Shown here: positions 45,739 to 60,466 of the stretch, one piece after another
Numbering within the stretch: the first letter of the stretch is position 1
Layout of the letters: each line of letters starts with the position of its first letter
NCBI GenBank assembly: GCA_950097015.1
Contig: CATNEN010000007.1
Span: 8,742,001 to 8,806,000, forward strand
DNA: 64,000 bases
Reading direction: 5' to 3'
Source of the DNA: Macrostomum hystrix
Lineage: Eukaryota > Animalia > Platyhelminthes
Notes under the pieces: generated by a model
Databases searched by the model: none
Seen by the model: the letters and a program-made list of their open reading frames with translations, nothing else
What the model was told of the DNA's origin: nothing
Program-made: the position numbers and the translations under genes

Positions 45739-47969
45739 GTCTCCCGTGATGCTCCCCTAAGCTCTGATGCACGAGCAGTGCTGCTCGCCTCTTGTATCTG
45801 TGGCGAGAGCCAGTGGGAGGCCAACCCAGAGCCGGGGCCGTTGCCTTGCCCCGGTTGGACCGATTTGCCTGAGCGCTGCTCGGCCTTGCATTTCCCCTAC
45901 CCCTCGGCTTGGAGCTCTGTCTGCTTTCTCCCCAGCCCTATTTTATCCACAGCGTGTGCAGTCGGCACACTCAAGAGATGGGGAGCAGCAATGGTTCATC
46001 CCTCAGCTGTGGCATGAGGCAGCAGACTTCTCTCTGAGTGGCGCCGTCTTAAATCCCATTTGCTGAAAATAACCGCGCGGCCGTTAGAAAAAAATGGGGG
46101 AAAGACGAAGTGCGAGGTTCCGCCTATTCACCGAAGCTGGCTCGCAGCTGCGGCTAGTACGATCCCGAGCAGCGAGAAATTCAATTACATATTCGCGGCC
46201 AGAATGCTCCAACTTCCCAGTCACTCTGGCCGCTCTGGGGACACTTCAAGCTGCAGCCGCAGCCAGCATTCAGTCTGGTGGCAGCTATTCGAGGACTTTC
46301 TTATTCCCGACTGTAAACAACAATCCCGGAGCTAATATCGGTCTTCTGCTGGGGCGGGCGGCAGCTTACTGATGCCCTTTGCCGCGGACTGAGCTGGAAA
46401 ATTGACTCCCAATCGGAAGTGAACGGGTCGCACTGCGGATCGCTGTCCGCGCAGGCATTCGCCCAGTTGGCACCGGCTCCGCGTGTCTCTGCACTTTTGA
46501 CTACGCCCTGCCCGATTGACTGGCAACTGCAAGTTAGAAAACGATTAAAATGTTTGGCACTGGCGGGCCGAAGCGCTCATCAAGCCGACAGACAGCCGGG
46601 AGACAGGCTCTGCAGCTCCGCGACTGCCTCTTAAACGTAATATTTCGCCGCATCCTCCCGGCACAATCAAATGGATCACGAATTGTCGAGGGATTTCCTG
46701 GCCGGGGGCCATTCGAAATTAAAATGATTCTCCCGTGAAACCGCTGGCTGAATGGCTCAGTGAGCCACTGAGTTCATGAGCTCAGGCTGCAGCTGTTCCG
46801 TACAACTTTCCCTTTGTATCTAGTTCTTAGCTCAATCCCAGTGGAACCGGAAGCCAGTGGTAGACAGAAAAGCCAGCGACAGAATGGAATGCGGAATTCA
46901 TGGGCCTCTGAATCACCGGCAAACAACCAAATCGAGAGAAACAGAGCGAGGTCCAGCCGGACGTGAATTATTGAGCAGCTGATCTGCCAGGATTGATGCC
47001 AGGCTGCAATAAATCAAACGTGTGCGTTCCATCACCCCGTCACCCCTCGGCCTCGGCCGCCTACACCTCATTCTGCACCGAGAACTACTTCGGAAACCTC
47101 GCGCCCCGGGGTCGCCATAATTCAATTAACAGCCCCAAGCGAGCGCGGCAGCGATCTCCCGTTAGATCTTCCCTCACACTTCTCGCTTCCCCTCTTCTCT
47201 GTCACATTCCAGTCTCGCTGCGTCTCTTCGAATCCTCCGTAATGCGCTCTAGGACTGATGGCAAAAAATGGGTCCAAGACTCGGAGCAGTCGAGAAATTC
47301 CAGTCCTGAGCTGGCCGGCTGATTTTCTGCGCGAGTGGGACGGGTCGAGGCGCTGAGATCGGACACTTTTCCAGCCTCTTTTCCTGGCGGAGAACCGCCT
47401 GCCCGTGTCCCGGCCCCGCCGTTTTCTGCGGAACCGCCTGGCAGCTAATGACCCGGCGCTGGCAATCTGGCACTCGCGTCCCCCCCCGACCCGACTAAAT
47501 CGATGTGGCCACGGGAGCGGCTAATTGAGGTCGGGCTCCTGTCCACCCTCTCATCAATTGATTGAGGAGCCGTCTGGCTCATGCTGCAGTCCAGGCCGTG
47601 TCCCACTGTCTGGAGCCAAACGTCACGGCAGAATTTTTTCTGGCCCATGAAGTCCTTTTTATATGTACTCAATCAGCCATAATTCATCTGCTGCACCCTC
47701 GCGCAAGCGGTTAAAGAAATTTTCATTGATTTCTGGCAAAGTTCTAAAATATATTTACATTGCCACTAACCTGAATCTCATTAAATCTCAAGCATCTGAC
47801 AGGTATTTGAGCTCAGTATGATGTCCAATGTAGCAGTCTGTCTCTCTATGATTAACGAGCGTCGTATCAACTATTCTACTGAACTCGCAGAAACTATAGC
47901 AGTCTATCTCTGCACCAATATCAATTTCGCGCATTTGTCCCGGAAAATTGGTTCTTCAACCTTGAAAGT

Positions 47970-48272
47970 TAATAATAATAATTGCAGGTGGGCTGCAGGC
48001 AATGGCACATCATTCTGCCCGTTTCGCTGACTCCTGAGCACAAATGCACGCAGATACCGTACGCAGGCACACGCTCACACAGGTGTGTACACCTGCCCTG
48101 ACTTTCTCATCGTCAGGCAGAGTACATTTCACTGTGCCTTGGAGGTTGGCCCTTAAGGGCGTAAATTGCACGACAAGCCCCGAAGCCTTCTCTCCGCAGC
48201 TGCGCCCCAGTGGCCTCACCGCGGAATCGAGCTGAGGGACCTTGGTGCGTGAGGCAAACGCTGCCACTCACC
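47970..48272 (-). mobile_element. tRNA-derived SINE family A copy
   Basis: Minus strand reads gtgagtggcagcg...agctcgattccgcggtgaggcca (B-box-like), shares the family body, and ends in an (ATT)n tail. Confidence 0.75.
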
Positions 48273-49195
48273 CCCTTTTGGATGGATGGAGTACTTGCAC
48301 TTGTGTGGTCGTTCGGTATGACGCAGTTCGACCATCTTGCCCCATCGCTAGTCTATGGCTAAAACTGGCGCTTGAGACTAAAGAACTGATGAGCACTGAA
48401 ATGTCTCCGGCAATAAAACACATTCTGAATGTCTGAGCGGAGCTCGCGTTGCAGGCCAGCTCTTTCGTCTCATTCTCCGAGCTCTCTCTGTCTCGTCTGT
48501 CCTCCCTCCGTGGGATCTGTGCGGGCACTCGAGCTCTTCCTTAATCAAGTGGGATTAATTCGATTTGGCTCTGCCGCTACCAAGGGATCGGGTTGTCCTG
48601 GCTGGGGGATTGGACCCAGCGGGGATCAAGCTGGGGCAGAGGCTGGCAATAAGTGATGCAATTAAATAAACAATCATGACACCACACCGCACCCCGGGCA
48701 TCGTCTCCTCGTCTTTCTTCCGCATCTCACTTTCCCCCAGCAAGCATGCCAACTGATGCAGGGTCAAGGATCTTGTCTGGGAGCGCGTCCAGTTGCTTGT
48801 GCCCGCGACCAGCCACCATGGAGAAACTTTCGTGCCCGCCTTGTCATGGGGAACAGATTAATCACGAACCAACTATTATAGCGCGCGTGGGCACTTCGCG
48901 ATTGTTAGGGACAAAAATTGCTCACAATGCTTTCTTAGCAATGTCGTCGTTTATGGCCAAATAAACTAATTCAGATCTAAATATTCTCGGTTTCGCTGTT
49001 TTAACCGTTGCACTGGCCATCAACTAAAGCCGAGTGTTTGGCATGCAAGCGGGGCAGAAAAGATAACTTGGAACGAGTTAACTTCGAGTATTGCGAATTC
49101 AGTAAAGGGCGATATTGAGGAAGAAACGACAATATTGGTGTATTCGAGGCTTACGCACTAACTGACTGCTTTTTATTTGGCTGCAAACTGTGGAT

Positions 49196-49754
49196 CCTGC
49201 TGCGATTCCGACTACAAACTCTGCTGCGATTCCGACTACAAGTTCTGCTGCGATTCTCACTACAAACTCTGCTGCGATTCTGACTACAAACTCTGCTGCG
49301 ATTCTGACTACAAACTCTGCTGCGATTCTGACTACAAACTCTGCTGCGATTCTGAATACAAACTGCTGCGATTCTGACTACAAACTCTGCTGCGATTTTG
49401 ACTACAAACTCTGCTGCGATTCTGAATACAAACTGCTGCGATTCTGACTACAAACTCTGCTGCGATTCTGAATACAAACTGCTGCGATTCTGACTACAAA
49501 CTCTGCTGCGATTCTGACTACAAACTCTGCTGCGATTCTGACTACAAACTCCGCTGCGATTCTAACTACAAATTCTGCTGCGATTCTGACTACAAACTCT
49601 GCTGCGATTCTGACTACCAATTCTGCTGCGATTCTGAATACAAACTGCTGCGATTCTGACTACAAACTCTGCTGCGATTCTGACTACAAATTCTGCTGCG
49701 ATTCTAACAACAAACTCTGCTGCGATTCTGACAACAAATTCTGCTGCGATTCTG
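49196..49754. repeat. 24-bp minisatellite
   Basis: Unit ctgctgcgattctgactacaaact. Confidence 0.93.
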
Positions 49755-50216
49755 GCTTATTGGAGTGATTCTACCCAGCTCGAAAAATGCAGTTCGGAAC
49801 TGAGCTGTGCTGGATGCAGAGACTGGTGCGGGCTTGAAGGGCTTCAGATCTTCGTGGCGAGTCGCCGGAGATGCCGCTTCTCTACTGGCCTGACATTCTC
49901 GCTTATTCCCGTGTCAATTTGGATGATGGAGGAGGCCAAAGCTGAGTAGCGGGGATCTCAGGGGTCCTAGCGGCTGCGAGGGTGTCACTCAGCCCAATTG
50001 GTGCTAGATTGAATGAGAGCCCGAGCAATGGCAAGGGCAGCGGGGCTCGAGCGCAAAATTTTGTGGGAATACTTCAAACCTGCGAGCGGAGATTCTCTAC
50101 CGAGGTGGAGTCCAGCTCTACCAGTCCACCGAGTCCACATCATGGGAGAACTTAACTGCCAGAGCTTCTGTAAGAAAATGCATTAATGGGCTCCTACCGA
50201 CTCTAATGAGTAGCTT

Positions 50217-50578
50217 CGATTCTAGCTGCGGATCTTGCTGCGATTCTAGCTGCGGATCTTGCTGCGATTCTAGCTGCGACTCTTGCTGCGATTCTAGGTG
50301 CGGATCTTGCTGCGATTCTAGCTGCGACTCTTGCTGCGATTCTAGGTGCGGATCTTGCTGCGATTCTAGCTGCGGATCTTGCTGTGATTCTAGCTGCGGA
50401 TCTTGCTGCGATTCTAGCTACGGATCTTGCTGCGATTCTAGCTACGGATCTTGCTGCGATTCTAGCTGCGGATCTTGCTGCGATTCTAGCTACGGATCTT
50501 GCTGCGATTCTAGCTACGGATCTTGCTGCGATTCTAGCTGCGGATCTTGCTGCGATTCTAGCTACGGATCTTGCTGCG
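50217..50578. repeat. 24-bp minisatellite
   Basis: Unit gctgcgattctagctgcggatctt. Confidence 0.93.
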
Positions 50579-52508
50579 GTTCTTTTTGTGGTTGTGATTC
50601 TCTAAATTTTAGAAGCACGATTATCATAACTACGGATAAAATGAGCAAATGGTTTTTGCAATTATGGTCCGCAGCGGTACTAGTGCTTCAACGATTGCTA
50701 GTATTTGTGGCTGGAGCCAAGAAGCGTTGCATGCATCGCAGATGATAAACTTGCACTGCCGCTGGTCCATCTTGACCCCCAGCTCTGTCTGCGTTTTTTG
50801 CTCCGTCAAGAAAATTCTTCCCATCAGCATTCGGCAATTTGGGGGATGGGATCACAGCTGAGGGACATTGGGGCGATGCACCCCTCCCTGCGGCCCCTTA
50901 TTTGAGAACGCAAGGTCTGAGAAGGCTTACATTTCGGATCTCAGCCGAATGGCCTCCCATTTCTAGACATGCCTCTTGCACTTTAGCTGCAATGCGATTA
51001 CAGCCACTACATCGGGAAGCGAATGCAGCAGGCCATGCTGGCCTGAAATGCGATCAACTGTGAAGTTGGAGAAGTTGCAAATAAGTGGACAGCATTCGTT
51101 GAGCTGGGACGATAGGTACACGATTGCAAGAGCCGCAAGTCGGTGGTTGCATGCACTTTCAGTCAGTACTGGCCTATCAGCCTCAGGAGCATGCTTCGAA
51201 TGAAAAGCGTATGCTAATTTCTTTTACTACTACTTCCTGACTCAGTTACTGCAGAGTAACTTTAAGTTGGATCCGAGCAGCCTTTGAGTACGTTTAGGGT
51301 CAACCTTGTGGCCTGTGCAATTAATTCGTTAACTGCATGACTGAAAAGCCAATAGCTTCAACATTGAGCTGCCGGAACTCGCAAAACACAACAAGCTGCC
51401 GCATCGGCTCAGCGCTGGCGTCGTGGAAGGCAACGGAGGCTCGGGTTAGCTCTGAGGGACCCTCCTCTCCGTTCGCGTGCGAGAGCTGGGCGAGACAGGG
51501 AGGCAGGGGGGAGATAGAAAAACAGAAAAATGCGGGGAGAGCCGGCTGCGGCTGCCAGGGCGGATTCCAGCGAACCCGGCGCAGCCACGCGACTGGACAA
51601 TGAATAATTAATAAATCATTTCAGGGGCCGGCTGAGACAGCCAGTGAGTAGTGGGAGAGAAGATGCGCAGCTGGCGAGGCCGGAGCTTCGCTTTGAATTC
51701 TTGGCTCACTTTTTCGATTCCCCTACAAAAACTTTGCGTGGGTGGCCTCGAGGGGAGGAGCGGAGAGAGAATCCGGACGAGAAGAGGGCAAAATGAGTGA
51801 CTTTTCCCATTTGGGGAACGGACGCAGAGCGGGGCGGGCTGGCAGTTCTACGAGGGCCAGAGTGACAAAAACTGGAAATGACAATGGCCGCCACGGGGAT
51901 TCCTGGACGGGCCGGCGAGAGCGTCACCTGGGCGGGTTGGACATCGGCCTGTCCGCAATAATTATCCGTAAAAAACTGGGAGGTCTGGGCTGGAGATACT
52001 CTGCACTGTAAGATGAGCTGGAGTCATGAGCATCTGAGCAGCTAATCTGGTGTGTGCTCATAATGTGAGCATAGATGAAGCATTAGCCATGCTAAAAAGT
52101 TACTCAGCTTTAGCACCTGAAAATTTGATCGCCTTCGCCTGGTGTCGGTGAATTTCTAGCGGACCGCAGTGGAAATTTGATACCGGATTCGCCGTTTGAA
52201 CTCAGGTGATCGCTTGTTAAGCCGCATCGATTTTTGCGATCAAAGTTTGTTATCATTCAACTGCGATATAAGGCACTTTGCTAGTCTAAAACTTGGAAAT
52301 GTTGAAAGTAATTAAAGCTCTTTTGAACCAGAACCAAAATAAAAATGCGAATTGCCGGAGGTCTGCGGGCACTGGCACACCATTTGGTGACAGTCGGCAC
52401 GCAAACAGCAAGAGACTCACACTGGGGTGTGCCTTGGGTATTGTCCTCGTGAGTGTAAGTTTCAAGACAGCGAGACAAGCCCCCAAGCTTTCTCTCTGCG
52501 GTTCTCTC

Positions 52509-53171
52509 TGAGGACTGAGGACTGAAGACGAAGGACTGAGGACTGAGGACTGATGACTGATGACTGAAGACGGAGGACTGATGACTGAGGACTGATGACT
52601 GATGACTGATGACTGAGGACTGATGACTGATGACTGAGGACTGAGGACTAAGGACTAAGGACTAAGGAGTGAGGACTAAGGAGTGAGGACTAAGGACTAA
52701 GGACTGAGGACTGAGGACTGAGGACTGAGGACTGAGGACTGAGGATTGAGGACTGAGGACTAAGGACTGAGGACTGAGGACTGAGGATTGAGGACTGAGG
52801 ACTAAGGACTGAGGACTGAGGACTGAGGACTAAGGGCTAAGGACTAAGGAGTGAGGACTGAGGACTGAGGATTGAGGACTGAGGACTAAGGACTAAGGGC
52901 TAAGGACTAAGGAGTGAGGACTGAGGACTGAGGACTGAGGACTGAGGATTGAGGACTGATGACTGAGGACTGAGGACTGAGGATTGAGGACTGAGGACTG
53001 AGGATTGAGGATTGAGGACTGAGGACTGAGGACTGAGGACTAGGGACTAAGGACTGAGGACTGAGGACTGAGGATTGAGGACTGAGGACTGAGGACTGAG
53101 GATTGAGGACTGAGGATTGAGGACTGAGGACTGAGGACTGAGGACTGAGGACTGAGGACTGAGGACTGAGG
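52509..53171. repeat. (GAGGACT)n 7-bp repeat
   Basis: Read directly; variants GATGACT, AAGGACT, GAGGATT. Confidence 0.96.
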
Positions 53172-56109
53172 CGAACGATGAGGTGACGCAGTCAGGGTGT
53201 GAAAAGCCGAAAAATTCCGAAAATTACTCTCGTCAAACGGGATTAGCGTGGCCACTAACAGGCTTCAAGAAGCCATGAACTCGTGAATGTGACCCCAACG
53301 CACTCAGATGGGATCACACAGAGAGGGCCTGAGCCCCACACGCTCGGAGGCGGCAGGTTTCAGGCTGCGAAGCCAGCTGGATGCGCGCTGTTACATTGGC
53401 AGCCCGACTCCGCTGCCGGCACTAGGACGCTTCGGAGGAGAAATTTGCATGCAAATTCTCGGCACTGGGGAGGGGCGCCAATTTGCGCTGGGAGGCCGGG
53501 CAGAGCTTTAATTACACAGAAAGGATAAGCAATCAAACTCGTGGCTAGCGGGCAGTGCCGCGGCCACTATGCCGCAAATTGCTAGTGACCGCGGCGATGC
53601 CCGCAGAAAAAACATACTGGCCGCTTATAATAAGAAAACTAAAGAGAATTTGCAAATGAGATCAGCGGGGGGCGGCTCGATTCCCTCCCCCGGTTCCCCT
53701 TTAGCGGAGCCATTTCTCCCTGCCCGCATCCCCTGGGCCGGAAAGCCGCTGTATCCCCACCGATATTGCCGATCCTGCGGCCATGACTGATGACTGGCTT
53801 CCACTGCTCATCTATCACACTGCAGACTGAACTGAGAACCAGCCCATGCATGCCCCAATTATGCCTGACAATTTCAACTTGTGGGATTATCTTCCTTTTC
53901 CCCCAACTCGCTCCTAACTGCTCTTTCTTCATGGCACATGGAGCTACTCTCATTTTCGTTCCGATTCGTTCTGAACAGCAGCGGAGCAGGGCTGCTCAAA
54001 CTGCTCCCCTGCTGGAGGGATAGATGATAATTCGGTCTCTGCTCCGCGCCAGAGTTCTGTGCTCCAATTTGAACTGAAATGTAAACAGAGCATCTACGGC
54101 ATGTTATCAGTGGCAGCCTCTATAGTTTACCTGGTGGCTAGGCTGGTTGCAGCATTGTGGGAAGGCAGGCCACTTGGCCAATTATCGGCCCAGCTCGGAA
54201 AGATATTCTGCGTCGTGTACTGATAAGAAATTGGTTGCTTTACATGACGAGTGTAATTAGTCTCAATTCTGTTCAGCTCTCCATTCATTCACTAGCAGTT
54301 TAATTCTGCGTCGAAATCGCGTTGAGAGAAAATAGATTTCAGATCAAAAGTTCTCGCTCTAAATTGCCTCCCGACTAGGACAAAGAGTTTCGTTCTTTTA
54401 AAGAGTTCTTTCGAAATCAGATTTTGCTCCCACTGATTCGAAATTGCTGAGTAAAAACGCACAGGAGAGAGCGTTGAGGTCTTGACTGACAAGCCAAAGC
54501 CCATAGACTGGCAAATGCGATAGGGCTCGCAGAAAAGATGAGAACGGGCAGCTCTGACTAGACCGAGGTGGGTCCCACGGGTGCAGATAACGAGCAGCAT
54601 TGTGGGGAGCAGTTGCAGCCAGCCGTTGCAAAGTTTAGTTAGTGGAGGCAGCAGCAGCAGCAGCAGTTACGCTCCGGAGTCCGACCATCGCCTAGCGACT
54701 GCTCTCTGCGGGGCGGAGGCTCTCGAACGGCCTCCATCCTATCTGCCGCATCCCCTCCTTCGCCTTGGGGAAAACTGTGTCCGGAAAGTCTTTAAAATCT
54801 CCCACTCTCTGTCCCTTTCTGTCTCTAATATTTCTCCCCGTGCACCTCGGCAAGTCCCAAGGGGGAATGATCGAATTTTGGCCCGTGAAATTGTGTTACT
54901 TAGGGCGTCTTTTGGGCCTTCCGCTGACCGGCCGGCCCACTTTAGTGAGCCAGGCAACTCTCGGCCTGCCAGCAGCCCCGAACTCTGCAATGCGATATCA
55001 GAATGAAACACTGTGAAGGATGGGTCAGAATTTGGCAGCTATAGACTGCTCATACGGAGCATTAACAGCCAAACAATATTGTTACTGGAGTAAACACTGA
55101 GAATGGAAGACTGAACGGCAAAGCTGCCAGCAGCAAGGATTTTCGGCTGCGCATCACTTTTTTCGCGCAAATAACAACATTACTCAGCTACGTGTGAGGC
55201 CCTAAAAGAAGATGCGCGGCATAAAGGGAGCGAGGTGGGGCAGCAGACACTGGGGTGGGTGGTGGCTGGGAAGCTCTGCTGAGCTAAAAATGAGAGAAGC
55301 GTGAAAAAAACATGCAGAGAGAGCGAATGCCGCTAATGTTGCCCTGCCATTTCGCGCTGCCTCGTCCATTTTTTAGCTCTTAGACTCGCGAGCCTCTTCA
55401 AGCTGAATGCATGCAGGAGGGTGGAGGGGAAGTCCAAGGCATCATCTGTCGTGCCGCAGCCTCTCCTGTCATGAGGCCAGCCCTGCGGCAGTCCACGGTG
55501 CACACGGACAATGCGACACTGTTATCCAAAACCCTTCGTGGCAGCATTCGAGAGGTGGTGAACTGAGCCAGTTTTATGGCTGTGCTGCTGCAATAAAACT
55601 GCTTGCGGAAACAGAGATCCGAGCCCCCTACTACTCATTTATTCAACAGCCGAGTTGCCATTCGCGCTGTAGTGGAGTGGATATGGCACTGAGTAAGGGG
55701 ATCATTTTGAGTTGAAGCAGACAAATCCACCAATGATTACCAATTATTATAGAGCTATGAGCTGTACGGTCTGATTGTGAGATGTTTTCGCAACTGGCAC
55801 AAACATTTTCCGTTGTAATAGCATTATGGAAGCTAATATTGCTATAAGAAGCCATGTAACCATTAAAGCCGCAACATTTGAAGGCCAATTTTTACAATAG
55901 TATATCATGTAAATCATATTCTCTGATTTTATAAAAATATTATAAAGTTGCGGTGTCAAGAGGGACTGCAGGTCTTAAATCAGCACCAATCGCAGCAGCC
56001 GAACGAGCCCATGATCCTCTCCTATCCATTACTGTCATAAGGGAGAATATGGCGCACTGGGGGGGGACAGACGCAAAAGCCTGCTGGCTGACGCACAACT
56101 CGGTGAGCA

Positions 56110-59087
56110 CCATGCTGATATGGGCTAAATTGATCTGAAGCATCAGAAGGTCCATGCTGATATGGGCTAAATTGATCTGAAGCATCAGAAGGTCCATGCT
56201 GATATGGGCTAAATTGATCTGAAGCATCAGAAGGTCCATTGCTGATATGGGCTAAATTGATCTGAAGCATCAGAAGGTCCATTGCTGATATGGGCTAAAT
56301 TGATCTGAAGCATCAGAAGGTCCATTGCTGATATGGGCTAAATTGATCTGAAGCATCAGAAGGTCCATGCTGATATGGGCTAAATTGATCTGAAGCATCA
56401 GAAGGTCCATTGCTGATATGGGCTAAATTGATCTGAAGCATCAGAAGGTCCATGCTGATATGGGCTAAATTGATCTGAAGCATCAGAAGGTCCATTGCTG
56501 ATATATGGGCTAAATTGATCTGAAGCATCAGAAGGTCCATTGCTGATATATGGGCTAAATTGATCTGAAGCATCAGAAGGTCCATGCTGATATGGGCTAA
56601 ATTGATCTGAAGCATCAGAAGGTCCATTGCTGATATGGGCTAAATTGATCTGAAGCATCAGAAGGTCCATTGCTGATATGGGCTAAATTGATCTGAAGCA
56701 TCAGAAGGTCCATTGCTGATATGGGCTAAATTGATCTGAAGCATCAGAAGGTCCATTGCTGATATGGGCTAAATTGATCTGAAGCATCAGAAGGTCCATT
56801 GCTGATATGGGCTAAATTGATCTGAAGCATCAGAAGGTCCATTGCTGATATATGGGCTAAATTGATCTGAAGCATCAGAAGGTCCATTGCTGATATATGG
56901 GCTAAATTGATCTGAAGCATCAGAAGGTCCATTGCTGATATGGGCTAAATTGATCTGAAGCATCAGAAGGTCCATTGCTGATATATGGGCTAAATTGATC
57001 TGAAGCATCAGAAGGTCCATTGCTGATATGGGCTAAATTGATCTGAAGCATCAGAAGGTCCATTGCTGATATGGGCTAAATTGATCTGAAGCATCAGAAG
57101 GTCCATTGCTGATATGGGCTAAATTGATCTGAAGCATCAGAAGGTCCATTGCTGATATGGGCTAAATTGATCGGAAGCATCAGAAGGTCCATTGCTGATA
57201 TGGGCTAAATTGATCTGAAGCATCAGAAGGTCCATGCTGATATGGGCTAAATTGATCTGAAGCATCAGAAGGTCCATTGCTGATATGGGCTAAATTGATC
57301 TGAAGCATCAGAAGGTCCATGCTGATATGGGCTAAATTGATCTGAAGCATCAGAAGGTCCATGCTGATATGGGCTAAATTGATCTGAAGCATCAGAAGGT
57401 CCATTGCTGATATATGGGCTAAATTGATCTGAAGCATCAGAAGGTCCATTGCTGATATATGGGCTAAATTGATCTGAAGCATCAGAAGGTCCATGCTGAT
57501 ATGGGCTAAATTGATCTGAAGCATCAGAAGGTCCATTGCTGATATGGGCTAAATTGATCTGAAGCATCAGAAGGTCCATTGCTGATATATGGGCTAAATT
57601 GATCTGAAGCATCAGAAGGTCCATTGCTGATATGGGCTAAATTGATCTGAAGCATCAGAAGGTCCATTGCTGATATGGGCTAAATTGATCTGAAGCATCA
57701 GAAGGTCCATTGCTGATATGGGCTAAATTGATCTGAAGCATCAGAAGGTCCATTGCTGATATGGGCTAAATTGATCTGAAGCATCAGAAGGTCCATTGCT
57801 GATATGGGCTAAATTGATCTGAAGCATCAGAAGGTCCATTGCTGATATGGGCTAAATTGATCTGAAGCATCAGAAGGTCCATTGCTGATATGGGCTAAAT
57901 TGATCTGAAGCATCAGAAGGTCCATTGCTGATATGGGCTAAATTGATCTGAAGCATCAGAAGGTCCATTGCTGATATGGGCTAAATTGATCTGAAGCATC
58001 AGAAGGTCCATTGCTGATATGGGCTAAATTGATCTGAAGCATCAGAAGGTCCATTGCTGATATGGGCTAAATTGATCTGAAGCATCAGAAGGTCCATTGC
58101 TGATATGGGCTAAATTGATCGGAAGCATCAGAAGGTCCATGCTGATATGGGCTAAATTGATCTGAAGCATCAGAAGGTCCATGCTGATATGGGCTAAATT
58201 GATCTGAAGCATCAGAAGGTCCATGCTGATATGGGCTAAATTGATCTGAAGCATCAGAAGGTCCATGCTGATATGGGCTAAATTGATCTGAAGCATCAGA
58301 AGGTCCATTGCTGATATATGGGCTAAATTGATCTGAAGCATCAGAAGGTCCATTGCTGATATGGGCTAAATTGATCTGAAGCATCAGAAGGTCCATTGCT
58401 GATATGGGCTAAATTGATCTGAAGCATCAGAAGGTCCATTGCTGATATGGGCTAAATTGATCGGAAGCATCAGAAGGTCCATGCTGATATGGGCTAAATT
58501 GATCTGAAGCATCAGAAGGTCCATGCTGATATGGGCTAAATTGATCTGAAGCATCAGAAGGTCCATGCTGATATGGGCTAAATTGATCTGAAGCATCAGA
58601 AGGTCCATGCTGATATGGGCTAAATTGATCTGAAGCATCAGAAGGTCCATTGCTGATATGGGCTAAATTGATCTGAAGCATCAGAAGGTCCATGCTGATA
58701 TGGGCTAAATTGATCTGAAGCATCAGAAGGTCCATTGCTGATATATGGGCTAAATTGATCTGAAGCATCAGAAGGTCCATTGCTGATATGGGCTAAATTG
58801 ATCTGAAGCATCAGAAGGTCCATTGCTGATATATGGGCTAAATTGATCTGAAGCATCAGAAGGTCCATTGCTGATATGGGCTAAATTGATCTGAAGCATC
58901 AGAAGGTCCATTGCTGATATGGGCTAAATTGATCTGAAGCATCAGAAGGTCCATGCTGATATGGGCTAAATTGATCTGAAGCATCAGAAGGTCCATTGCT
59001 GATATGGGCTAAATTGATCTGAAGCATCAGAAGGTCCATGCTGATATCGGCTAAATTGATCTGAAGCATCAGAAGGTCCAGCTGATA
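56110..59087. repeat. 42-45-bp satellite, about 3 kb
   Basis: Unit ccat(t)gctgata(ta)tgggctaaattgatctgaagcatcagaaggt. Confidence 0.97.
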
Positions 59088-59164
59088 TTTTTTTCCTTTT
59101 TGGCGTTTCAACTTTATCTGAAGCTATGACTCTTTGTATTCTGCAATTGTAGTATAAAAGCTAT

Positions 59165-60137
59165 TGTAGTAATCCATAGTTTCCGACCCTTTAGCGCTGA
59201 AGCCGTGTATGGTACTATAAGTACTAGATACGGGTCCTTGCTGGCCTGCGCGGGGCGCGAGGGCTCACAATTTCCCGGAGTCGGATCGTCAGGACGCTCC
59301 CATACAGTCACAACCCGCCTCGGGACGCAAGGGCGTAGGCTGCCTTCAGCGAGGCGTTGGGATGCGCAGGCTGGCTTAACTAGTAGGCCTATACGGTAAT
59401 CCCCTACCAAAGTCGGCGTCAGGACACACGTACCCTTGCCCCTGCGGCCCTCGAGAGAAAGAAGACAAAAGTGTGCATCTCTGACGGCAGACTGTCACTC
59501 TCGGACGTGCGGTGGTGACGGATTGGCTGACTCTTATATTTGATGTTATGATTAAAATTCTCTTAATTCAGGCAGGCGTATAGGATAAACCAGATAATTG
59601 AGAATCGTGGGTTGGTGGCAAACAGGGCGCCAGCGCGAGGGGTCGGGCATGGGGTCTGTGACACTGCGCCTAAATAGGCCACAGCGCACAGGCCGGCTCA
59701 AGCCCCTCCAACCCATGCAACCACCCAGAAGCAGCCTGCCCACGGCGCGCCCTACCCTCCCTACCCTCCCAACCAATCGCCACACGAGAGCACAAAGGGG
59801 GTGACACAGACGGTGGCCTCAGCCAATCAGAAAAAGTGGGGGGGAAAGTGCGACTAAGCGAGATGAAAACAATAACATGGGTGAGCTAAACGGGCAGGTG
59901 CACTGCACCGCAAAGGCTAAGTACAACAACACACGAGTACGAGCGTACAACACAACACAATACTATACTGGTCCTTCTTGGGTTAATGTTGGTTGTGAAT
60001 ATCAAACAGCCTAAGAACCAGAAGTAGAAGGTCCTAGCAGCGACTCTGTGGGCCCTGTGCAAAACCAGCACAACGGAAATACTGGACGTAGATTTCTTAG
60101 GAATTTATTATTTGCTCCTAGAACGCACTATACTACA
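59165..60137. mobile_element. Probable solo LTR or LTR-like insertion; boundaries uncertain
   Basis: Ends TGTAGTA...TACTACA, flanks CTAT/CTAG (one mismatch); GC-rich with ccaatc boxes, similar in layout to the 32548 LTR. Confidence 0.4.
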
Positions 60138-60466
60138 CTAGAATACAATAGAATTCACTAGAATACACTAGATACTAGAATATAATAGTGTATTCTAGTA
60201 TCTGTAGTTTATAACGAGAATCGTTTCTAAAGTTTTACAATGATATTCTTTTTATTATTCGTGCTTACATCGTTAGTTACGTATTTTAGTTATTCGACGA
60301 AAGGGAGGTCGTGTCCGCCGTTAAAACTTTAAAATTAACGTTAAAATTAAGTTTAAAACTTATTAAAACATATAAAACTATTGTTAAATCTTAGCCTGTA
60401 TACATGTGTGGAGCCGCTACTGCCGTGTCCACGTAAAGCTCTTGTGCTTGATTACTGAATGCAAAA

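Noticed and set aside
50206-50745. Cys-rich, metallothionein- or keratin-associated-like ORF (SCCDSSCG)n
   Set aside because: It is the translation of a 24-bp DNA repeat related to the non-coding array at 49196; there is no other evidence of coding.
52509-53171. Telomere-like repeat
   Set aside because: The GAGGACT unit is not a TTAGGG-type repeat and the array is interstitial and degenerate.
55940-59111. Many MDLLMLQINLAHIS ORFs
   Set aside because: They are artefacts of a 42-45-bp satellite with frequent frameshifting unit lengths.
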